The notes under the pieces are model-generated. The model was not told where the DNA came from and searched no databases. It saw only the letters and a list, made by a program, of their open reading frames with translations. Positions 13,753 through 27,539 of a DNA stretch of 64,000 nucleotides are shown here, piece after piece (the stretch's first letter is position 1; each line of letters begins with the position of its first letter). This stretch comes from Octopus vulgaris (lineage: Eukaryota): NCBI GenBank assembly GCA_951406725.2, contig OX597835.1, positions 25,730,001-25,794,000 of the forward strand. The letters are read 5' to 3'. Made by a program: the position numbers and the translations under genes.

Positions 13753-14039
13753 GCTGAAAGAAGACCGTCGTGTATGTGTGTATGTGTGTGTGTTTGTGTC
13801 TGTATTTGTCCCCCACCAATGCTTGACACATTCACATATATGATATGATATAATATAATATAATATAATATAATATAATATAATATAATATACGGAGCAA
13901 ATAATTCACGAGAAAATATTTAAAAAGATATTAATGCCTATATTATTATCTAGCGTAACAATTTAAAAATGATAATAATAGAATCAATAATATAAGCGAC
14001 TGCAGGCCTCTAAAAAGCATTAAATAGCTAAAATATAAC

Positions 14040-14221
14040 AATTAATCAAAGGATATACTAAAGATGACTACCTGCTGGAAATAACAGTCAAAATTCTTAT
14101 TTAAATCGCCAAAATACATTGATAATAACTAGTTATTATCAGTGTATTTTGGCAATTTAAATAAAAGTTTTGAACGTTATTTCCAGCAGGTAGACATACT
14201 TAGTATGTCCTTTGTATAATT
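14040..14221. repeat. Spacer-less 182-bp palindrome (91-bp arms)
   Basis: Centre gataataact|agttattatc at 14130/14131; arms align without gaps with about 12 mismatches. Confidence 0.9.
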
Positions 14222-14484
14222 ATAATATAATATAATATAATATAATATAATATAATATAATATATGTTTATGTCCTCGTATCTAAGCGGTTCAACTAGAG
14301 AAACGGGTAGAATAAGTACCGGGCATTAAAAAATGTGAAAGAAAAGTACAGGAGTAAATTTGTTGGACGAAGCTGTTCGACGTAGTGTCCCAGCACGATC
14401 GCAGTCTAGTGACTTAAGCGAGTAAAAGGGGAAAGACAGTGAAACTATTATTAAAGTATGTAACTTGTACTGTAGACTGCAAAA

Positions 14485-14655
14485 TAATCCTTTCCTCTGG
14501 AGACACAAGGCTTCAAATTTGTGGGGAGGGAACTAGTCGATTACATCGACCCCAATGTTTCACTGGTACTTAATCTATCGACCCCGAAAGGGCGAAAGGC
14601 AAAGTCTACCTCGGCGGAATTTGAACTCAGAACGTAGCGACGGGCGTAATACTGT
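14485..14655 (-). mobile_element. SINE family A (partial), head-to-head with the next copy
   Basis: Reverse complement of the SINE-A core and tail. Confidence 0.85.
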
Positions 14656-14685
14656 AGAGTGCAAAATAATAGAAACAAATAGTGA

Positions 14686-15170
14686 AGGCGTCGTGCTGGC
14701 AGAAACGCTAGCACGCCGGGCGAAATGCTTAGCGGTATTTCGTCTGCCGTTACGTTGTGAGTTCAAATTCCGCCGAGGTCGATTTTGCCTTTTATCCTTT
14801 CGGGGTCGATTAAATAAGTACAAGTTACGCACTAGGGTCGATATAATCGACTTAATACCTATGTCTGTCCTTGTTTGTTCTCTCTGTGTTTAACCCCTTG
14901 TGGGTAGTAAAGAAATAGGTATTTCGTCTGCTGCTACGTTCTGAGTTCAAATTCCGCCGAGGTCGACTTTGCCTTTCATCGTTTCGGGGTCGATAAATTA
15001 AGTACCAGTTACGTACTGGGGTCGATATAATCGACTTAATCTGTTTGTCTGTCCTTGTTTGTCTCCTCTGTGTGTAGCCCCTTGTGGGTAGTAGAGAAAT
15101 AGGTATTTCTTCCGGCTCCTTACGTTCAGAGTTCAAATTTCGCCGAGTTCATCTTTGCCTTCCATCCCAT
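14686..15170 (+). mobile_element. SINE family A, trimeric form
   Basis: Headed monomer plus two headless monomers restarting at GGTATTTC (about 14918 and 15102). Confidence 0.9.
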
Positions 15171-15344
15171 CGCATTGTTAATAAAATATTCGGTTCGATG
15201 AAATCGATTTTTCCCCCCCTGGCTTAAAAATTACTAGCTTTGAACTCAGTAACGAACCAACGTCTCATTCCGGGGAAATATTGTGATCTCAGTGATGGTA
15301 ACCATGGAAACCAGCCTTATGAGTCTAAAGGCTAAAAAAAAAAA

Positions 15345-15920
15345 ATGCAAGTAGTTTGCTTCCCATCGACATGGTTCCGGGTTCAGTCCCACTCATGGCA
15401 CCTTAGGCGAGTGTCTTCTATTATAGTCTCTGTCCGATTAAAGCCTTGTGAGAGAATTTGGTTGACGGAAACTGAAGGAAGCCTGTCGTACATATACGAG
15501 GTGGTGCTGAACAGTTCCTGGCTTTGGATAACAGAAAATAGGCGAGGATCAGTCAATTATGATTTTATTCAACATCTTCCCCTCTCAGATTCAAACACTT
15601 ATTGCAGCAGTCCTTCAGTTTTTCTAAGCTCCTCCAACCAGGCCTTTTGCGATACTCTCAAAGCCAGGAACTTTTCAGCACCCCTCGTATATGTATATAT
15701 CCATGATGTGTGTCTTTGTGCCTGTGTTTTTCCTCTCACCACTGCTTGACAACCGGTGTTAGTGTGTTGACGCCCCCATGACTTAGCGATTCGGCAAAAG
15801 AGATCCGATAAAATAAGTACTACACTTTGAAAGTATTGGAGTCGATTAGTTCAACTAAAACCTTTCAAGGCAGTGCCCCAGCATGGCCGCGGCCAAATGA
15901 CTTAAACAAGCAAAAGATAG
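15345..15920 (+). mobile_element. SINE family B interrupted by a MITE
   Basis: Head and tail match SINE-B; the insertion lies in its internal TA tract. Confidence 0.8.
15497..15687. mobile_element. Mariner-type MITE
   Basis: TIRs CGAGGTGGTGCTGAACAGTTCCTGGCTTT / AAAGCCAGGAACTTTTCAGCACCCCTCG, TA flanks; second copy at 24758-24962. Confidence 0.85.
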
Positions 15921-16465
15921 AAAAAAAAATCAAATGTATAAAAAAATACTTTGTAACATAAGGACAAATGTACAAATATTTGAGGACAGAATAATCAATT
16001 AAATCGTTCCCAATATTTCATTAATATCTCACAATATCACCTCTTGCCCGAAGGTGAAGCACCAATTTGTCTTTGGTCATATTAGAGCTCAGAAGAAAAA
16101 GAGCAGAAATAAACTACAAGACGGTTCGTTTATCAGAATGGTTGTTTTTTTAAACAATTCCACCAAAGTACACTCGTTATGATGCCATACCATTTACTAA
16201 GTTTACATTTCTTTGAACTAGAACGTTCTAAAGATTTTTCAAGATTGGCAGAAGTTTGAAAGTTCCTCATTAACGATGTCCTGTCATAGGAAATATTTGG
16301 AAGTTGGTAAAGTAGAAGATAAAAGAATTCAACGTGGGAGATACAAGAAAACTGGTTTCTGTCATCAATTTTCACACTGAAAAATACAGCCGATAAAATA
16401 ATGGCCGGTGAGGTGAATGGCTTACTGCATGCATTGTATAATGCATATTGTGTGTGTGTGATTGT

Positions 16466-16514
<49 letters not shown>

Positions 16515-16842
16515 GATGTATGTGTATTGGCGAAGCCCCTGCATATCCACAACATTAAAGCTGAAACGTATAAAAGAATAAAAGAATATATATATATATA
16601 TATATGTACTCTGTCTCTCTCTCTGTCTCTCTCTCTCTCTCTCTCTCACACACGTACATTTAACATATATCAAATGTATATCTATGTGCGTTGTATATGT
16701 ACATACATATACATATACACACACGAACACATAAGAATATATATATGTGAATGTATATATGCATATACGTATGTATATATTTTCAAGTGTATGTATATGT
16801 ATTCGCATATATATATATATATGGATATATATGGATATATAT

Positions 16843-16883
<41 letters not shown>

Positions 16884-17473
16884 TGTGTGTGAGTGTGTGT
16901 GTGTATATATATATATACATATGCAAATATATAGCATATGTACTTGTAGGTGTATGCATATACGCATATGTGTATATATCTATGTGTGTAAATATGTATT
17001 ATCATATAGGTAGTATACATATTTATGGATGCAAATATACATATAGAGGGGGAGATAGAAAGAGAGAGAGAGAGAGAGGGGGAGAGAGGAAATAAAAGCA
17101 GATAAACAAGTCAATAGATAATTTAGAGATGAGAAGCGCATAGTACATTTGATGTCGTTGACTCGAAAATATTCTATCTTTGGAACGAAATGTATTTAAG
17201 CATAAAATGAGTAAAATTAATTCTTATACATGTTAGAATAGAGAGGTTAAAACTATCGATTTAATGTCTCATTCAGCCTCAATTTAAGTAGAGGTATAGG
17301 GAAAGTTTTCTTTTGCTTATTTTAATAGATAAATTGTTTTGGGCTGGACATTAAATTTCACCCAGCGGTGAGGTTCAGCCTGGGGAGTTCAGGGTTTTTA
17401 GGGAACATAGAGTTACCCTTTAGTTACTACAACTCCTTGGATTGTTTTGGTCAAGAGCGGTGGTGACACTATC

Positions 17474-17815
17474 GAAGGTAAAGGTAAAGTTACCTTCTCG
17501 GATCAACGACTCATAAGAGCCGGTTTCCGGTTTCAATGGCGTATATATTCCCCAACTGGACGGAACACTTGACAACAGATGTTGGTGTGCTTACGTTCCC
17601 GTGACCTAGTAGTTCGGCAAATGAGATCGATAGAATAAGTACTAGGCTTACAAAGAATAAGTCCTGAGGTCGATTACTCGTTTTTGCCAGCGGAGTGGAC
17701 TGGAACAACGTGAAATGAAGTATTTTGATCAAAACACAAAGCGTTGCCCGATCCGGGAATCGAAACCAAAATCTTACGATCATGAGTCAAACGCCTTAAC
17801 CACAAAACACACGCC
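17474..17815 (-). mobile_element. Third tRNA-derived SINE family with (ACCTTT)n tail, containing a SINE-B fragment
   Basis: tRNA-like head on the minus strand (GTGGTTAAGGCGTTTGACTCATGATCGTAAG...GGTTTCGATTCCCGG); tail aaggtaaaggtaaag; SINE-B piece at about 17568-17672. Confidence 0.6.
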
Positions 17816-18789
17816 TCCACTCTATCGGGAGTCCAAGTTACAGGGTTAAATGGCAGAAGAGAATCTTGTAGCTACAGGATTTGGAAAAGAAGGGCTGGTT
17901 TCTGAACATGCGTCACACAGGCCTACTAGAGTGTGGATAAATCGATGGTTTTATTTAAATAAAACCCTCGATTCAATAGCTTTCAGAGTATGTATGTATT
18001 AAACTTTAAAGGTTTTCTGGAGAGAGATAACACAATATAAATCGGAGTCGGCAGCCCTAAGGCCCAAGGACAGATTCATGTTGACAGACAAAAGCAAGAC
18101 GGAGAAGGTTTGAAAAACATTAAGAGGAGAACTGTTTTTATAAACATTCTTTGAAGCGTCGGGTGGGTTGGTATTTTACAGAAAATAAATTAAATTTTGA
18201 GCGCGGGATAGCTGTGTAAACAGCCTGCAAAATAGTTTATCTTTTAAAATCATCAGTGGAACTTGATCCTCATTCGTTACAAGTGTTTGAAGCAGTATCA
18301 CTCATTTTGATTAGTGAAAATTGAGAATGTGCTAAAGCTGATGAAGCGAGATAAAACCTCAGAAGATGATGGCTTAATAAAGGAAGGACAGATTAATAGT
18401 TCTCGATATATTTTTTATTACGAAGGCTAACAAATGTCTTGAGAGGAAGCGGAACTTTACATGGTGAGTTCTTTGTCAAGAGACAGTGCTGAGCAGGAAA
18501 CTTTTTAATGGAAAACTAACAGACAACAGTTGTCTACGTATGCAATTCTCGCCTATCTACGCTACCAAAGTTGGCTCTCTTTCAGTCTATTTCTAGTAGA
18601 TTAGAGACTATATAAAGATCGCAGAATTTCAAAAAGACAAGAACCACTACAGCTTGGCATCAATGACGGCATCGGAATGCAAATACCACAAGACATTCCA
18701 TCTGATGTTCAAATAATTCTGTAAGAATTCTTGTGAGGCGAAAGTACAGTATTACAAACCGGACTGTAAGCATTATTCCATTATTATTC

Positions 18790-19125
<336 letters not shown>

Positions 19126-19859
19126 AATAAAACATATGGTCGGAATTATTTCCTTTAAAATTAATCCGGGGGACTTATGACAGATTTCTGCCACATTTTA
19201 TGATCCTATAGCAAAATCACGCTATGATCAATTGTTTTTTAATGCCAAACCTGTGTATTTCGTGAAGACAGATGCTTCTGGATTTTATACACGTTGAAAT
19301 AGCAAGAATTTCGGATTTTTAAAAGCATGTTATTGAGGGTAATATGTTAATGTAGATTTTTCAATAAAATATTTGACCAGACACGAAAATAATTGACATA
19401 GAAGAAAAATGATTGACATAGAAAAAAAAATTGTGCAAGGATCAAACTTGCTACTGTTCAATTCCTTAAACTTATGCATTGATATTTTACAGGACGACAT
19501 AGTTTTACTTTTTCAAAGATGGTGTATGGTTTTTCCAGTTTGATCCTTGTTTCTGCTCTGGTTATGTATTTTTTAACGATTGCTAAGGGATAAAATCATA
19601 GTTAACCCTGGTGAAATTTGAACTTAGAACGCATAAAACCGGAAAAAATACTGCAAGGCATTCTTTCATTCGATACTCTAACGGTTCTGTCAATTTGTCG
19701 CCTTCATACATTATGTAATACATAAACAGAAAGATATGACATTAACTACAAGAAAACCTTTGATCATAGACCAGCCAAATGAGATCCGACCAAGGGTTAA
19801 GCGTCAGTAACTACAACAATACGCATACCTCTTTCCAGCACATACACATAATTAAATGT

Positions 19860-20283
19860 TAATAGAGAGAAACACACATATTCACAGACAGACACACGCG
19901 CTCTCATGCACAAACACACACACGCACACTCACACAAATAAATACTTTCACAGACAGACACAATGCTTCACATATACATAGTAAAACGCATCCACACATA
20001 CGCACACATATACACACGGACACGCGTACAGGCACACACTTGCGAACACACATGCACAAACAATACATAAATACATTCACAGACAGACCCAAGCCAAAGC
20101 ACATACACGCTCACATGCACATACAAACACACACACACACACAAGTGAACACACAGATAAACGCACTCAATTTCACAAAGTGACACAAACATACACGCAC
20201 ATGCACACATATACACGCACATATGCACACCAACAAACCCAAACACCGACAAACTTGCTTCATATTCACACATACAGACAAAA

Positions 20284-20325
<42 letters not shown>

Positions 20326-20520
20326 ATGCATACATAGTATCTCCAACACCGATATGCATGCACATACACACACACTTACACACATATAAACAAATACACA
20401 GACAAGCCCACTGCATATATACACACACAAACACGGTCAAATGCATCCACACACACATATTCACGGACGCATACACATTGACACATATACTGACACATGT
20501 ACGCACGCATGCGCAGACAG
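19860..20520. repeat. Degenerate (CA)-rich low-complexity tract
   Basis: Direct inspection. Confidence 0.9.
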
Positions 20521-21183
20521 TCGTTCATTAAGTAACCCTGTTATGATAATGTCTTGAAGGTTCTCCTATAATTATTAAATTTCATAAATAACAACAGCAA
20601 AAATGTGTAAATCACGTGGCACTTGTTTTTTTTAAAATTTCTATGAAATAATTGGCAGTATTAGATTTATTTCTAGACGAATAATATTTCAGGCATTTTT
20701 ATTTCAACAATGCATCACCAATTGGAATCGCCTCCACCTTCCTTTTAAAGATTTAGCAGACAAATACAAGAAAAATAAAACAAGCAACAATCAAAAAGGA
20801 AAACCAATAAAGAAACTAAAAACAAAAAACACCCCAAAAACCCTACCAACAGAGGAAATTTACGTTAATCATTTTGTCTCAAAATGGCCGCCATCAATGA
20901 TTCTTCCGAAACATATTAAAAAAAAAAGTGGTTTTAATTTAAGCAGTTTTAATCTGTATTTAGTAATAGATCCTTCTCAGAATTAATTTATTAACTTTAT
21001 TTATTGTGTTTTGTTTTTCGTTTCTAGCATTAAAACAAACAAACAAACAAAAATATAATTCGTATCATTCCCGCTTCGCCTAGTTTATGTCACAACAGAA
21101 AGTATTATTAGTTCGTGTTTTCGGTTGAAAATATTAAATTAGCATCTCACAATAAATCGTCTCTTTGTTTTGTTTAGTTTTCT

Positions 21184-21271
<88 letters not shown>

Positions 21272-21826
21272 ATGTGTGTGTGTAATATTACACACATACA
21301 CACACACACATATATATATATACAATTTAAAATACGCAATACAAAAATTATATTATATCATATTATATTATATATATATATATATATACATATATATACA
21401 TACATTATTTTTGTATTGCACATTTTGAATTTGAGATTCATCAGGCTATCATTTCTTCCGTTCCGCCTTCCACTTCATTTTAATTTTTACTGTTCTAGTT
21501 TGTCAACAAATATAATTTTGAATCAAAATATAGAAAAAATATAAAAAAAACGCAAAAACAAACCCCAAAGCTCAAAGAAATGCTAATAAAGAAACCCTAC
21601 TCTGACCACAATCCTTACACTAAACATGAATGTAAAAAAAAAACGAAGAAAAAAGAACGGTTTGAAAAATCAAATGACAAACAGATACAAACAAACAAAC
21701 AAAGAAACCAGCCCAGTTGTGAAAAGATTAAAAGCAAAATCGGTTTTATCTTGCATTCTAGATTAATGGAACTAAAATCAAATTCATAGGATTTTAGTTT
21801 CAGAGTGTCGTTTAACAATAAATTCT

Positions 21827-21844
21827 AACAACAACAACAACAGC

Positions 21845-21895
<51 letters not shown>

Positions 21896-21904
21896 AATGA
21901 TAGC

Positions 21905-21963
<59 letters not shown>

Positions 21964-22345
21964 TAATAATGATGATGATGATGGTGGTGGTGATGATGAT
22001 GATGATGATGATGGGGATGATGGTGATAATGGTAATAATAGCAAATAAAAACTCATGGTCGGAATTATTTCCTTTAAAATTAATCCGGGGGATTTATGAC
22101 AGATTTCTGCCACGTTTTATGATCCTATAGCAAGATCATGCAAGGATCAATTGTTTTTTAATGCCAAACCTGTGTATTTCTTGAAGACAGATGCTTCTGG
22201 ATTTTATACACGTTGAAATAGCAAGAATTTCGGATTTTTAAAAGCATGTTATTGAGGGTAATATGTTAATGTAGATTTTTCAATGAAATATTTGACCAGA
22301 CACGAAAATAATTGACATAGAAGAAAAATAATTGACATGGAAAAA
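21827..22345 (+). repeat. (AAC)(AAT)(GAT) microsatellite plus local duplication copy 2
   Basis: Matches 19090-19430. Confidence 0.9.
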
Positions 22346-23105
22346 AATAAATTAACTAGATAAGGTAATAATTGACATACGAGAAAAATTATTGACTTCG
22401 TAGACAAATAGTTGACACGGGAGAAAAATAACTGGCTAGATAGACTACTAATTGACATGGGAACAAAATAAATGACTTGATTGACTAATAATTGACATGG
22501 CGCAGGATTGGCTGTGTGGTAAGTAGCTTGCTAAACAACCACATGGTTCCGGGTTCAGTCCCACTGCGTGGAATCTTGGGCAAATGTCTTCTGCTATAGT
22601 CTCGGGCCGACCAAAGTTTTGTGAGTGGATTTGATAGACAGAAACTGAAAGAAGCCTGTCGTATATAAAATATATATGTATGTGTGTGTATATGTTTGTG
22701 TGTCTGTGTTTGTCCCTCTAGCATTGCTTGAAACCGATGCTGGTGTGTTTACGTCCCCGTCACAAAAGAGACCGATAGAATAAATCAAATGACTGAAACA
22801 AGTAAAAGAGAGAGTAAGCGTATGGAAGATAAATAATTGACATGGGAGGAAAATAATTGACTAGACATACTAATAATTGACATGGGAGAAAAAATTATTG
22901 AATAAAATGAGATGCAGTAGAATCACATGCTTGACGGGTTCGCAGTTGGTGCAACTAAAATTTTGGCACCGAATAATTAGTGGTTAAATGATGTTAACAG
23001 TCTTCGTGTGCTTTCAAGTGGTTAATATAAACCTTCTATGCTACATTCATAAAAATAATTGACATGGAAGAAAAATAATTGACATAGTGGAAAATAACTT
23101 GACAG
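22306..23105 (+). repeat. About 21-bp minisatellite (AAAATAATTGACATGG core) interrupted by SINE-B
   Basis: More than 12 degenerate units at 22306-22497, 22831-22900 and 23052-23105. Confidence 0.8.
22498..22812 (+). mobile_element. SINE family B
   Basis: Clear head GGCGCAGGATTGGCTGTGTGGTAAG...GGGTTCAGTCCC and tail, with an internal deletion. Confidence 0.9.
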
Positions 23106-23450
23106 AACATAATCTTTTTTAATTATTTCAGTCATTTGACTGCAGCCATGCTGGGGCACCACCTTGAAGGGTTTTAGTCGAACTAATCGACTCTATTACT
23201 TACTCTTTTTTTTAAACCAATCATTAAGGACAGATACAAAAAATTATTTTTACGGGTGGTATTTTCATCGGTTGTACTATGTTTTGAGTGGATTCTGTAA
23301 AGACACAATAGTCCATCCTGTAAATCTACCCTGTTCATGAATTTGTTGCATATTTTAACAATTGAAGGAGGGCATGGCATGGTTGAGTGACACTTTTCCT
23401 TTCTACTACATACAGAGATTTCAAGGGTTGGATTGACTGCTTCAGATATT

Positions 23451-24351
23451 GGTTTCAAATTTTGGTACAAGGCCGGCAATTTCGGGGAAGGGACTAAGTC
23501 GATTACATCGATACCAGTATTCAACTGGTACTTATTTTATCGATCCCAAAAGGAGGAAAGGCAAAGTCGACCTCAGCAGAATTTGAACTCAGAACATAAA
23601 GAGGGACGAAATTCCTTTAGACTGCTTCATATATTTATTTCCTTATTGCCAGCAAGAGGCTAAACATAGCGGGAACAAACAAGGACGGACAAGGCAGACG
23701 AAATACCTATTTCTTTATTAACCACAAGGGGCTAAACATAGAGAGGACAAACAAGGACGGACATAGGTATTAAGTCGATTACACCGACCCCAGTGCGTAA
23801 CTGGTACTTATTTAATCGACTCCGAAAGGATGAAAGGCAAAGTTGACCTCAGCGGAATTTGAACTCAGAACGTAGAGATAGACGAAATACTGCTAAGCAT
23901 TTCGCCCGGCGTGCTAACGATTCTGTCAGCCCGTCAGCCTGTAATAATCCTTTCTTCTAAAGGCACAAGGCCTGAAACTTTGAAGGAGGGGCCTAGTCGA
24001 TTACATCGGCCCCAGTGCTCAACTGGTACTTTTTTATCGACCCCGAAAGGATGAAAAGCAAAGTCGGCCTTAGCGGAATTTGAACTCAGAACGTAAGGAC
24101 GGACGAAATGCCGCTAAGTATTTTACCCAGCGTGCTAAAAATTCTGCCAGATCGATGCCTTTAGACTGCCTCATATATTAGAGGAAAGGGACTGCATCGA
24201 TCCCAATTTTCAACTGGTACTTATTTTATCGACCCCGAAAGAATGAAAGGTATAGTCGCCGTCGGGGGAATTTAAACTCAGAACGTAAAGATGAACGAAA
24301 TGCCGCTAAGCATTTTGCCCGGCGTTCTAATGATTCTGCCAGCTCGCTGCC
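23451..24351 (-). mobile_element. Stack of SINE family A copies
   Basis: At least four SINE-A cores in the same orientation, separated by repeats of the target motif gactgcttcatatatt. Confidence 0.9.
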
Positions 24352-24757
24352 TTTAGACTGCTCCATATATTGACATCAGAGAAACAGAATACCTGAGGAA
24401 ATTGACGAAGGCTTGGACAAATAGAAAAACGTGTATCTTTAGAATTAGTAATCTTGTTCATCATAAGATCTCCTTAAATTTAACCAACAAATGGAAACTG
24501 CGGTTAAGTTATTTCGCAGCAAGTCCAATTGGGAAAGAGCAACAACTCTCTCTCCCTCTTTCTCAATTATGTTCTCCAGTCTAGAGTCCCACGATGAAAG
24601 TAGTTTCATTCATCGGAGTCTTACTTTGATCCATCTTTCAGCAAATCCACGAGAAAGCAGTAGCATTTTTTCCCTTCCACGTTTTCTTCCTCTTCAAATG
24701 ATAACCGAAAAATTTGATGAGATGCTTGGACAAATATGAAACCGTCCGTCTTTAGTA

Positions 24758-24962
24758 CAGGGTGGTGCTGCTGCTGAAAAGTTCGTGACTTTGGGTAAAA
24801 GAAAATACAAGAGGATCAGTTAATTATGATTTTATTCAACATATTCCGCTCTCAGGTTCACACACTTATTGCAGTCCTTCAGTTTTCCTAAGTCCTATAA
24901 AAGAACTCAAAAGGTTGAGCCTCCAGCCAGGCTTTTGCCGGAAACTTTTTAGCATCACCTCG
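24758..24962. mobile_element. Mariner-type MITE (same family as 15497-15687)
   Basis: Shared internal sequence (gaggatcagtyaattatgattttattcaacat) and degenerate TIRs with TA flanks. Confidence 0.8.
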
Positions 24963-25785
24963 TACTTTCAATAATGTTTATCGTATAATATCATTCTCCA
25001 TAACCAGAAGAGTCTGCTATCATTCTCGATGAAAGGACGGGGTGCAAAAGAAGGCCAAAAGGTCAGGCTGAGGACGAGAAATACCATAGATATTAAAAGG
25101 AATTATAAAAGATACTGAAGATAAAAGTGATAGATAATTGCAGAGCCTCACTCCTTAAAAATCAAAGACATCAAACAAAATCAATAAAAATAAAATTGGA
25201 AAATTTACTAAAATACCCGGTGAAATCTAAAAGAAAAATAACAACAAAAAAGCTTAAAAAAATTGTAAAAATTCTAAAAGAGATTTGATAACAAATATTT
25301 GTTATAGTCAGACTGTTTGTTTAATTCTTTTAATGTAACAAAATATATGAAATATATTTTGTAAATAAAAATAATTAGATAAATGAAAGAAGGTAAATAA
25401 AGAATAAAACGAATAAAAACAAGCAAAAAATATTTATAATAAACAAATCAAAATATAAACAAGAAAATCAAAATAACAAATACGAAAATATTGAAAAAAA
25501 TAAAAGTAACAAAAAAATCGATTATAAAAACAGATAAAAAATACAAAGAATTGATTGATTATGTTATCATTTAGCACTGTGTTAGAGTTGATCGAATTGA
25601 CCTGTGTTATACAGACGTCTCAGCCGTGACCATCCTGTTTTTTTCTCAGCCCCGTGAGTGAAAGCCTGTCTACGACTTCATTATTCGATTGAGATTGTCT
25701 TGTTCATACACACACTTCTCTTTCATTCACGCTCTCTTTTCTGTTTCCCTTTGTATATGTGTGTGTGAATCACTGTCTCTGTCTA

Positions 25786-25820
<35 letters not shown>

Positions 25821-25857
25821 ATATATATAAAGAGAGATAGGGACGGAGAGAGAGCCT

Positions 25858-26082
25858 TTAGCACGCCGGGCAAAAAAGGCGGCGAGCTGGCAGAAACGTT
25901 AGCACGCCGGGCGAAATGCGTAGCCGTATTTCGTCTGCCGTTACGTTCTGACTTTGCCTTTCATCCTTTCGGGGTCGATAAATTAAGTATCAGTTACGCA
26001 CTGGGATCGATGTAATCGACTTAATCCCTTTGGCTGTCCTTGTTTGTCCCCTCTGTGTTTAGCCCCTTGTGGGTAGTAAAGA
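25858..26082 (+). mobile_element. SINE family A
   Basis: Head, core and type-1 tail. Confidence 0.85.
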
Positions 26083-26273
26083 AAAAAAATAATATACTTG
26101 TAAGTATATTCTGGTTGTATAATGAAACACGGCGTCCCAACAAGTAATTAATGTGTACGTACAAACTTGCCAGGAATGAGTTTAATATGTGAAATTGATC
26201 AATCCTATAGTGATACGCCGTTCTATTTGGTGGCCATTTAAGCAATGAACCAGGGATGGTTCATGGGTTGTAT

Positions 26274-26322
26274 ATGGTACTGAAGAAGGAGCAAGAACTC
26301 CCGAAATATGTATACACACCAT
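26274..26322 (+). ncRNA. Degenerate hammerhead-like motif (Penelope-type)
   Basis: CTGAAGA-a-ggag-caagaa-ctcc-c-GAAA with a possible stem I atggt/accat; the cleavage-site geometry is imperfect. Confidence 0.35.
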
Positions 26323-26711
26323 TACCTATTTTTTCTATCTTCGATCGCCTTATTTACAAAATGTTTATCGGCATTTCTTACGGTTCTGAGTTCAAATCAC
26401 ACCTAGGTCAAATTTCCTTTCGGCCTTTCGGGATCGAAAAGAATGTATTACTGAAGTATTGAGACTGATGTAATCGACTTGACCATCCCCTCAAAAATTT
26501 CTGGCCTTGTGACCAAATTTGCTGAGTGGCCATTTTGGTCGTTTATGCGCTATGGAAACCGGGCAATTGGCACCGTGAATCCTACGGTCCCCCACCCAAA
26601 TTTAAGAAACGAATGAATGTAAAGCAAATTCAGTTCCTTTTGTGCACACACACACACACACACACACACAGAGGCGTTCACATACACACACATAAAAAAC
26701 TGACGTCACCT

Positions 26712-26980
26712 AGGCGCAGGTAAGAAATGCGGTAAGGAGTTTGTTTCCCAGCCACATGGTTCCGGGTTCAGTCCCATTGCGTGGCACTTTATGTCGGTGT
26801 CTTCTACCATAGCTTCGTGCCGACCAAAGACTTGCGAGTGGATTTGGTGCAGACCGATAGGATAAATACCAAGATTAAAAAGAATAAATTCCTGCACCGA
26901 TTTGTTTGACTAAACCGTAGAAGGCGGTGCCCTAGTCTGGGCTGCAGTCCAATGAGCAAAATAAGTGAAAGATAAAAGAT
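26712..26980 (+). mobile_element. SINE family B (deleted)
   Basis: Head ggcgcagg...gggttcagtccc and tail. Confidence 0.8.
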
Positions 26981-27269
26981 AAACGAATGAAGTTAAATAT
27001 CGACAAAAATGCACCAACAGTTACTGGCGACCATTTTGCAAGGGCTGCTTGTCATGTGACATAAAAATCATGAGAGAAATAATCCAGACTAATCCGAGCA
27101 GAAGGATCGATATTGGCAGAAAACGAGAAAAACAGAACAAAATCATCATTCATTGAACAGCGATGTTCTGCTCTCTTCCTTCGCATCCCAGCCTCCCCCT
27201 CTTCACTCCAAGCAAACAGATGATGAGAGTAGAAAACAAAAAAGAGGTTACTTTAAAAGACATTTGTTT

Positions 27270-27331
<62 letters not shown>

Positions 27332-27483
27332 CAGGAGTGGGGAGAAAGAAAGAAAGCAAGAAAGAGAGAGAAATACAGAGAGAAAGAGAGATGGTGTGTA
27401 TGTTTATATATATATGTATGTGTGTGTGTATATATATGTATGTGTATGTGTGTATCTATTTACGTATGTATGTGTGTGTATGA

Positions 27484-27539
<56 letters not shown>

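Noticed and set aside
16133-16380. Minus-strand non-repetitive ORF segment after an acceptor-like tttttcag
   Set aside because: No recognisable domain and an ambiguous donor; it could be a UTR exon but is unsupported.
17870-18530. Possible ancient LINE coding remnant (also 24380-24740, 25040-25160 and 46200-46750)
   Set aside because: Coding-like texture, but no diagnostic motif could be read with confidence.
20880-20895. YY1-like AAAATGGCCGCCAT motif (also AAAATGGCG near 49218)
   Set aside because: Isolated short motifs without other promoter evidence.
22306-22497. CRISPR-like repeat-spacer pattern (also 32085-32230 and 55169-55281)
   Set aside because: Eukaryotic context, degenerate units, no unique constant-length spacers and no cas genes.
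22498-22570. tRNA genes (also the SINE-A heads such as 5543)
   Set aside because: A/B-box-like heads continue into SINE bodies, with no clean cloverleaf.
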